A stretch of DNA of 64,000 nucleotides, taken from NCBI RefSeq assembly GCF_009914755.1, contig NC_060931.1; one strand, given 5' to 3'. The notes beneath the pieces are model-generated. The model did not search any database. It was not told where the DNA came from and was given only the letters and a program-made list of their open reading frames with translations. Positions 56,229 through 64,000 of this stretch are shown here, in pieces. Source of the DNA: the human T2T-CHM13v2.0 reference genome, Homo sapiens. Every line of letters begins with the position of its first letter. Position 1 is the first letter of the stretch. Made by a program: the position numbers and the translations under genes.

Positions 56229-57255
56229 ATCTCATATCTAGTTATTGAAACACGTTTATAAAGCAGAATGATGTATAAAAAAATCTGAGTTCAAATATGT
56301 TCACTTTTATTTCTTCGCACCATGCAAAACTGCCGACTGTCCTCTTGGATTTGAATTTCCTTCTTTTCCTGATTTTTTCATCGCTTTGTAAATGTTTTTC
56401 TTTGACTTTCTCTCCTCCTTACAATGCAATCGACTTTATCATTGTTTCTTCAGTGTCCTGATTCTTTTATTCTACCTCAACATCTTTATTTCCCCATTCA
56501 TTCTTCTTTGTGAAAAAAGAATTCCAAAATGCTTATTACCTCAGTATTTTCTCTGACACAAGTTTGTTAAGAAATACTCAAATTTTTAATACAGGTCTTT
56601 GTTCTACTGAAAAACATTTCCTTTGCCAAGTTTAGACTACATTAAGGACAAATATCATTTCTGTAGTCCATGCACCCAGAACTCTGTAATAAATAGTAGT
56701 ACCCGCTTCTTCTTTACATGTGTCCAGTTCTGTAACTTCTATTTGGGAATTTTTGTTTAATTATAATCCATGTGTATATTCCTTGAAATCTGTGGTAGTA
56801 TGACAGAAAACGAGTCTTCATTTGGCTGGTAGATTCTCTAGCCTTTCCCTTTTCAGATTATTTTGCATCTTATTGCCAGCTTTTTAAAAACTGGTACCCC
56901 GATCGTTTTGCTGCCTGTACCTCAAAGTTTTCCTTATCGCTCTTTTGATCAAATATAAACTTTAAATTCTTCCATTTATTATTTCTTCTTTGACTCGCAA
57001 TATACCCCATTCTAATTTGGAACTATTTAAAAATAAGGCTGCTAACTAGAAGTCTCTGCACATTTCTCTACCCATCCCAAAAGTTTGGTCCACTCTACCT
57101 TCCTCCTAAGTAAAAAGTTAACAATTCTCCTTTCCTTACCATTAACTTTTTAAAATCACTTATGAGACACTGACTTTGATCAACCCATTGATCTTTTTTC
57201 AGGCTACCATTCTTATGTACTTTAACATGTTTTGATGAATTTGTGGTCATTATAA

Positions 57256-57594
<339 letters not shown>

Positions 57595-58799
57595 TGCTTT
57601 GCTTTTTTAAATGTTGCAAATTAGAATTCTTTTGGTTATCTTATCTAATTTTCTATTTTTATGTTATGTGTCAGATAGTCTGGACTTACAGGAAGACCTG
57701 TCCTCTTCCAGCACGCACCCTTCCTCCTCCCCCATCATTCCCAATTCACATGACTTTCTAACTTTCTAATTGGGTGCTTTTTAATATTCATGAGCACAGG
57801 TTTTAGGTCACACAGCTTTTTATAATTATGGGAAAAGTAAAGGTAAATAGTGGGTGGGTACTCAAGGAGCTCACCTACAAATCAACTTGATTCAATCTAT
57901 TTAATCTATTGCTTATGTTCTGATTTTTCATCAGTGTCCTGGTCATTGCTTAACAATGCAAAATTTGTGGATAAAAATATTCATGTTAGGTGAAGCTCAC
58001 TGACTAGCCTACAAATCAGTGTCACCAATTTTGATACATTTTATCCACATCTCCATTATCTGGTTAACATATCATTTTGCAAAATATTAAAAGATCTTCA
58101 GGTCACAAAGGGCTGTCATGAACAAAGTTTCTTCTTTTTTTAAATAAACTGAACAGTGTTACTATCTAGTTGGCACCAAGGACACACTAAAATTGTAATT
58201 TATAATTATGGGGTTTTTCCTCACAGAAATAAAAATAAATAGGTCTTATTGAAGACATAGACAGTTTTGCTTCTGTGAAGATTTCTCCTTTACACATAAT
58301 CAGTCTGACTTTTCTCACTCGTTTCTGCCTGAGGTGGAGGTGGGGACTCCATTCTTGACTTAATAAATCTAAATTCTTCAACTGTCATTCTCTCCCAAGA
58401 CACTTCACCCTTTGGGGACTATGCTGCATTTTCCCATTCTTGCTCTTTGTACATTTCATCCTGGGTCTGGCAAGACCTATTTCAAATATACAAAGTTATC
58501 TGATACACACAGGAACCCAACCTACTCTCCACAGAGTGTGGAAGGGTTAAAGAAAAGCCACTTCTGAACATCTCTGCTTTATCAGCTCCCGTTGGGAGAT
58601 CAGGGGCCAGCAGCCTTCATTAGCCAATAAAAAGAAAATGACGTTTCTTTGCAAGGAGTAGACTTTACTAAGCACCCTATATGTTAAAAAAATATATATT
58701 AAATGTTAGTTTTTGTCTCCAAAATAGATATATAATTCTCAGATTTCCTTGTAATTTTCTCTTAATGGCTGATTAAATCTTGACAATATAAAGCAGTCC

Positions 58800-58990
58800 A
58801 GTCATCCACCCATTCACTGGACAAATATTTCTTCCATGTAAATGCCAGGCACCAGTTTAGGTCCTGATGATACACCAATGAACAAGAAAGATGAAGTGAT
58901 GATCCACCAGGAACTTACATTTTAGTGGGAGAGATACACATAACAAATAGGTAGATGATATGATAAGCAGGGTAAGTAGATGGAGAGCAG
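58800..58990 (-). mobile_element. L2 3' end fragment
   Basis: CATTCACTGGACAAATATTT..ATGCCAGGCACCAGTTTAGG..GATACACCAATGAACAAGA..GGAACTTACATTTTAGTGGGAGAGA. Confidence 0.75.
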
Positions 58991-59772
58991 ATTTTTAAGA
59001 CTTCTGTGAGCTAAGACCTGATTGAAGAGAGGTTGTAATTTTGTGGTGTCAGCATGATCAGGCCAAGTAATCACTTCCTATTGCCCATATATTTTTTAAT
59101 CATTTGTTTAAAAATATAATGCAAAGAGATAGTTCTCAGACTGTTTTCTCATATAGAAGATACTTATTTCTTAGATTCTTAGTACTACTCATTTTAATAA
59201 GCTATATGAGTCCACAACATTAAAAAATTTACTCTAGAAAGTAAAGCTGGGTAAAGTGACCTCAGTGTAGAAAACTTTTATTATATGGCCACAAAAGGCA
59301 CTGAAAACGAAATTTCTAGAGGGCCTTAGGGGATTAAAAGGGAAATGTTTAGAAGACATTAAACCTCTGGAGGTTTAATTTTGCAACTTCCCCAAATACT
59401 TAGACGACTTCAAAAATAATTTTGCTTTTGTCTAAACTCAGAAATTATATTGTTCTTTTTTCCCCTTGCTGGCCCTCAGAAGAGTATTAATTCTCATTTT
59501 GGGAAGGAATTATTTTAATCATGCCATTAAATGAGAGGAAAATATCCCTTTTCTAAAAAAATAAAAAATTAAAAATAAAAACCTCGGTGTAAAGTGGAAT
59601 TCTCTAGAGAATGCATTGTGCACAAAATGACCTTCCTCAGTGTATTACTGGGATGGAGGGAGTCGTCTCTCTGTGGGGTAGCAAATAAGCCCTGTGGCCC
59701 CCTCAATCCACCTCAGCCTCCACAGAGCATCAGTTGCTGTTTCATCCCGGGTTGGTCCAGACAGCCACTGCC

Positions 59773-59791
59773 AGTCCACTAGAGGGAGCAC
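59773..59791 (+). promoter_or_regulatory. Candidate CTCF binding site
   Basis: AGTCCACTAGAGGGAGCAC aligns to the CTCF core CCASYAGRKGGCRS with one C>A change; lies in a GC-richer unique patch. Confidence 0.45.
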
Positions 59792-59850
59792 TTGAGAGGA
59801 AACCCATTTGCTTTCATTGATCTAGATCTCAAATAAAATTTCATCTTAGA

Positions 59851-60060
59851 GGCTGGGCGCGGTGGCTCATGCCTGTAATCTTAGCACGTCGGGAGGCCAA
59901 GGTGGGTGGAGCACGAGGTCAGGAGTTCAAGACCAGCCTGGCCAACCTGGTTGAAACCCCCATCTCTACTAAAAATACAAAAGTTAGCGTGGCATGTTGG
60001 CAGTAAGCTGAGATCATGCCACTGCACTCCAGCCTAGGCAAAAGAGTAAGACTCTGTCTC

Positions 60061-60087
<27 letters not shown>
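59851..60087 (+). mobile_element. AluS with ~70-bp right-arm deletion
   Basis: ..GGCATGTTGGCA joins directly to GTAAGCTGAGATC; A27 tail; near-TSD AAAATTTCATCTTAGA / AAAATTTCATTGTAGA. Confidence 0.94.
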
Positions 60088-60092
<5 letters not shown>

Positions 60093-60188
60093 TTGTAGAA
60101 TAAAATCCAATTCCTTTCAGCTTTTATCTTCAAATTTTGGTCATTGTTTGCATTAGTCATTGTTCTTCAGGAAAACAGAACCAATAGG

Positions 60189-60432
60189 ATATATGTATCT
60201 GTGTGTGTGTATACACATATATATGCACACATGTATATATTTATATATACAAATATATGCATGCATATATATTTACATATACACATATTTACAATTCTGT
60301 AAAATCTTATATATAAATAAGACTCACACATACACATATAACGTGCATATATATATACACATATATATGGCATATATATATATACATATATATGGCATAT
60401 ATATATATACACACATATATATGGCATATATA
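60189..60432. repeat. Degenerate (TA)n/(CA)n low-complexity array
   Basis: Alternating purine-pyrimidine tract with recurring ACATATATATGGCATATATA units. Confidence 0.93.
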
Positions 60433-60667
60433 TGAGATTTATTTTAAAGAAGTGACTCATGTAATTATGGCAGATAGCATATCCAAAATTTGCAGGTGGG
60501 CCAGCACGTTGGAGGCCCAGGGAAGAAAGACTACTGCAAATCAAATCTGAAGGCTTGTCTGCTCACTAAATATCCTCTTGCCTGGGGAGGTCAACCTTTG
60601 GTTCTGTTCAGGCCTTCAGCTGATTGGATGAACTCTCCTCCCTCTACCCTCACCTCAATAAGAAGGA

Positions 60668-61000
60668 TGTCTTAGTTTCTCCAGGCTTCTATAACAAAAT
60701 AGCATGCAACAGAAATGTATTTCTCACAGTTCTAGAGGCTGGGCAGTCCAAGCTGCTGGCAGATTCAGTGTCTGGTGAGGTCCCATTTCTTGGTTAGTAG
60801 AGAGTTGTCTTTTTGCTGTGTCCTCATACGATGGAAGAGGCAAGCCAATTCTCTGGGCCTCTAAGGGCATTAATTACACTCATGAGGGTTCTGTTCTCAT
60901 AATCTAATCGCCTCCCAAGAGTCCTGCCTCCTAATATCACATTAGTGACTAGGCTTCCACATATGAATTTTAGAGGTACGCAAACATTCAGATCATAGCA
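60668..61000 (-). mobile_element. MLT1A-like MaLR solo LTR nested in MLT2
   Basis: TGTCTTAG..TTTCTCACAGTTCTAGAGGCTGGG..GTGTCTGGTGAGG..CAAACATTCAGATCATAGCA; flanking GAAGG repeat. Confidence 0.85.
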
Positions 61001-62644
61001 GAAGGTGATTTGCTTTACTAAAAATCAGCAACTTAAATGTAAATCTCATCCTAAAATAACCTCACAGAAATATCCAGAGTGATGTCTGACCACCATGGCC
61101 TAACCAAGTTACAAGATAAAATCAAACATCATGCTGTTTCTGTATAGTGACACTAAAAATAGTTGCTAAAAACTTGTATGACAAAATAGAAAAATGAAAG
61201 AAAGGCAAATTATTTTGGAAAGTTACAGTAAAGAACATAATCTAAACCCAACAAAAAAGTTTCTGAGACTCAATCACTGAACAGAGTTGGAAGAAGCTTT
61301 TATTCACTTCATTCCACTGTATTTAACAAGTCTCTACTTCAGTCCCTGTGGGGTTTCTAATATTATAAAAAGTAATATCATAGGTTATAAAGATTTAGAA
61401 AGAGTGCTTCTATTTTTGAAATCAATAATCCAGCTAGGACATATTTTCTAGATATTATTATAACATTTTTACATTAAAGATAATTTCTTGTTATTTGAAT
61501 TTTATTTCCCCTCTCCTCGGGGTTCTTAGTAATACAAATGAGTAAAATTGCTTTCAGTAGGATGCTAGACACATTGTACTGTTTGCAGGTCTGCTAAACA
61601 ACAGAATCAAGTCACCTCCTTGGCAGGTGACCAGCATTAACTATAATGCCCATCAAAACAGTCAATAAGAATCACAGATCTGTGGCACCATAGAATAATG
61701 GCCTAATTAATCTCTGTTCAATTTCCATTTTTATACCTGCTCCCAGATTCCCATTATTTCTTATCTATGAGTTCTTTTCTCATTTGAAAACATCTTCTAT
61801 GGATTTTCCTTCATTCAATCAGTTGTTTTTACATTCATTCATGTTTGCATTCAAAGATATTTACTAAGAACTTAGTATAGGTTATACATTTATGAATATT
61901 ATTCAAACACTGAAGATAAAGATTGACTGATTACCACAGTGGACAGAGATACATTGCTGTTAAAAAAATCTGAGTCCTTTAAAAGTTTTTTGTTTATCAT
62001 TTGCAAGAGTATATGGAATACTGAAGTTTCTTCTAATAATATCAAAGGAATAGTTAAAATGCCATAGGGACTAAATGTTACATATGTAAAGTAACATAGC
62101 CATCTGGTCTGTTTCATTCTTATTTCCTTAGGAGAAGAGTGTTAAGCATGCTCTAAAACATTTATTGAGGGCACGTTTTATGCTTACGTTTAGGTTCAGT
62201 TTTAGGTATACAGAAATTTTAAAAGGAAAAGGAAAAAAATTTTTAAAAAAAGGTATAAGGGGATGATAAAGAGGAGGCCAGAAAGAAAAGAAAATACAAT
62301 TTCTCTCCTTTCAATTCCTTACCATTACTTTACCATTCTTGTGTGGAAGTGGGAGGGCGTATCCACAGAGGGGTAGAAATAGGCAAATACCACATAAAAG
62401 GGATAATTGCAGGTTGGATAACCGCACACATTGGAACCAAAACTGCTTCTGAAAAGGTTATAGGATTTAGATAGTGCCAAAGACTAAGTCTGAAACACAT
62501 TTAAAATAGTTGTTTATTTACAAAATTTGGCACAGGTCCCCGTCTATTGCTACTTTTCTGTCAACAGAGGTTTAAAGTTTTTAGCAGTGAAAGTTTTATA
62601 TAGTTAAAAGAGACTGAGACAATCTCTGGAAAGCATTTTATTAC

Positions 62645-62816
62645 CATGGGATTCCCTTTTTTGTGTGTGGAAGTGGGAGACCTCCTAATTGGTGTTCAGG
62701 TACACTTCGCAGTCTTGGTTGAGTGCAAGGAGGCAAGTGAGCAGCATGGAGACATTCAAAGACAGGAGGATTGTCCTGGGTTAGGGTCAGTGGTATTTTC
62801 TCCATCCAGCTATTTT
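62645..62816 (-). other. Candidate 172-nt internal exon (probably non-coding)
   Basis: Minus strand: acceptor CCCTTTTGTTACAG|, donor ATG|GTAATA; GC-richer unique sequence. Splice motifs only, no transcript evidence. Confidence 0.25.
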
Positions 62817-63903
62817 CTGTAACAAAAGGGTTTGATGAGTTACTTTTCTTGTGACCAAACTCTCTTAATAGTCCCTTATGGGGCCGGTGGCTGTCATGGC
62901 AGTTTGTCATTAGTAAAGAAGTTGAGACTACTCTAGTTTGGCAAACAATATGAATAAAGTGACAAGGTGATGATGAGCATGCCCATAGTCTTGCTATTTA
63001 AACAATGATTATTAGGCCACTCCAGTGAAAGATAATGAGAAATAGAACTTCTGCTTACAGAAGATGAATTTTGAATGCCTAAGGTTTAAATTTAGATTTG
63101 ATGGGATAGAACTTTGCATATTATTTACATGGTTTTGAAAACAGGCATGAAGAGAGAACAAGGTTGTAAGGAGCTTAGGACAGAAGAGACCAAGCTGTCT
63201 TATAATTGAGTCAGGACGAAGCACAGGAATGTTACTTTGAATCAATGCTGGCCTTAATGGTCCACTGATCTATGGGAGAAGAAAAAAAACTTGATATTTA
63301 AGCATTGGTGGAAAACACACACACACATACAAAATTTCTGAATACCAGAGACTGAGGGAAATTTGTACCCAACCTAATTAGTTGAAAATACAAAGCAAGT
63401 TTCATCAATATAGCTTGTATAGGGTTAAGAAAAATACTTAAGCATTACATGATTGCTGTAGGAGCCCATTTTTTGGAAAATTTCCAGGGACTCTTTGAGT
63501 CAACTTGTTAAAAACAGAAGAAAGGCTAGGAAAGAAATAGCTTGTTTTATGCCTGTGATTATAGGATTTCATCATTATGTGGGCCACTGAGTGTTATTTT
63601 CTCAAGTTCATGCATATGCAGAGATTTAAACTAAATTTGTGTTCTACTCACCACGTTAAGAGGCACAAGTTATCAAAGTTACTACCAATACATTCTATTC
63701 CCCCGAAAGACATTCAAACCATAATTCTCTCAAGTTAAAAAAATTAATATTTTGTAAAGTAACCATTGTCCCTCTTCTCAATATAATCCAAGTGCTAACA
63801 CCTTTGAACACACCAACAATGGTCTCTTGATTAAAAAGAAACCACATTAGGAAAGTCCTTTGAATAACATAAATTGTCTCCTATAATAAAGGAAGACATT
63901 GGA

Positions 63904-63906
<3 letters not shown>

Positions 63907-63936
<30 letters not shown>
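63907..63936 (+). repeat. Isolated A30 homopolymer
   Basis: 30 consecutive A with no Alu or L1 body upstream. Confidence 0.95.
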
Positions 63937-63938
<2 letters not shown>

Positions 63939-64000
63939 TTTCAGCACCAATCTTCAATCTCTCTCTCACACCACAGAAGATTCAGAGCTGGAGTTGGGAA

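Larger units (their letters stand above)
60149..61133 (-). mobile_element. MLT2C-like ERVL LTR with expanded TA/CA repeat and nested MLT1A
   Basis: TGCATTAGTCATTGTTCTTCAGGAAAACAGAACCAATAGG..CAGGCCTTCAGCTGATTGGATGA..CCAAGTTACAAGATAAAATCAAACATCA; near-TSD TTGTT/CTGTT. Confidence 0.82.

Noticed and set aside
60160-60544. Y/I/H-rich ORFs on both strands
   Set aside because: Translations of the TA/CA low-complexity array inside an MLT2 LTR.

Overview
This is AT-rich primate DNA (very probably human or great ape, since AluY, THE1, MER51 and L1PA copies are present) and looks intergenic or deep-intronic. I see no protein-coding gene, rRNA, tRNA or CRISPR array. The ORF-track entries I could assign are Alu/L1/LTR remnants or simple-repeat artefacts; the rest look like chance short ORFs. 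Roughly half or more of the window is transposable-element debris: about 18 Alus, L1s of several ages, solo MaLR/ERVL/ERV1 LTRs, MIR/L2 and MER5/MER53/MER58 DNA elements. The L1s include an apparently full-length L1MC (28957-38565) carrying seven nested insertions, and two clear twin-primed 5'-inverted copies. Subfamily names come from remembered consensus sequences and need RepeatMasker/Dfam confirmation; boundaries of old elements are approximate. I found no convincing new multi-component biological system. The best unexplained signals are: (1) a ~300-bp GC-rich, CpG-depleted, A-tailed orphan insert inside the L1MC (35604-35915); (2) a non-TE palindrome with 20-bp perfect arms and a triplicated centre split by an AluY (52259-52662); (3) several template-switch and recent tandem-duplication scars; (4) a 269-nt pure-purine GGAA array; and (5) candidate regulatory sites (CTCF-like site, E-box/AP-1 cluster, MER51 CCAAT promoter) plus a possible minus-strand non-coding exon.
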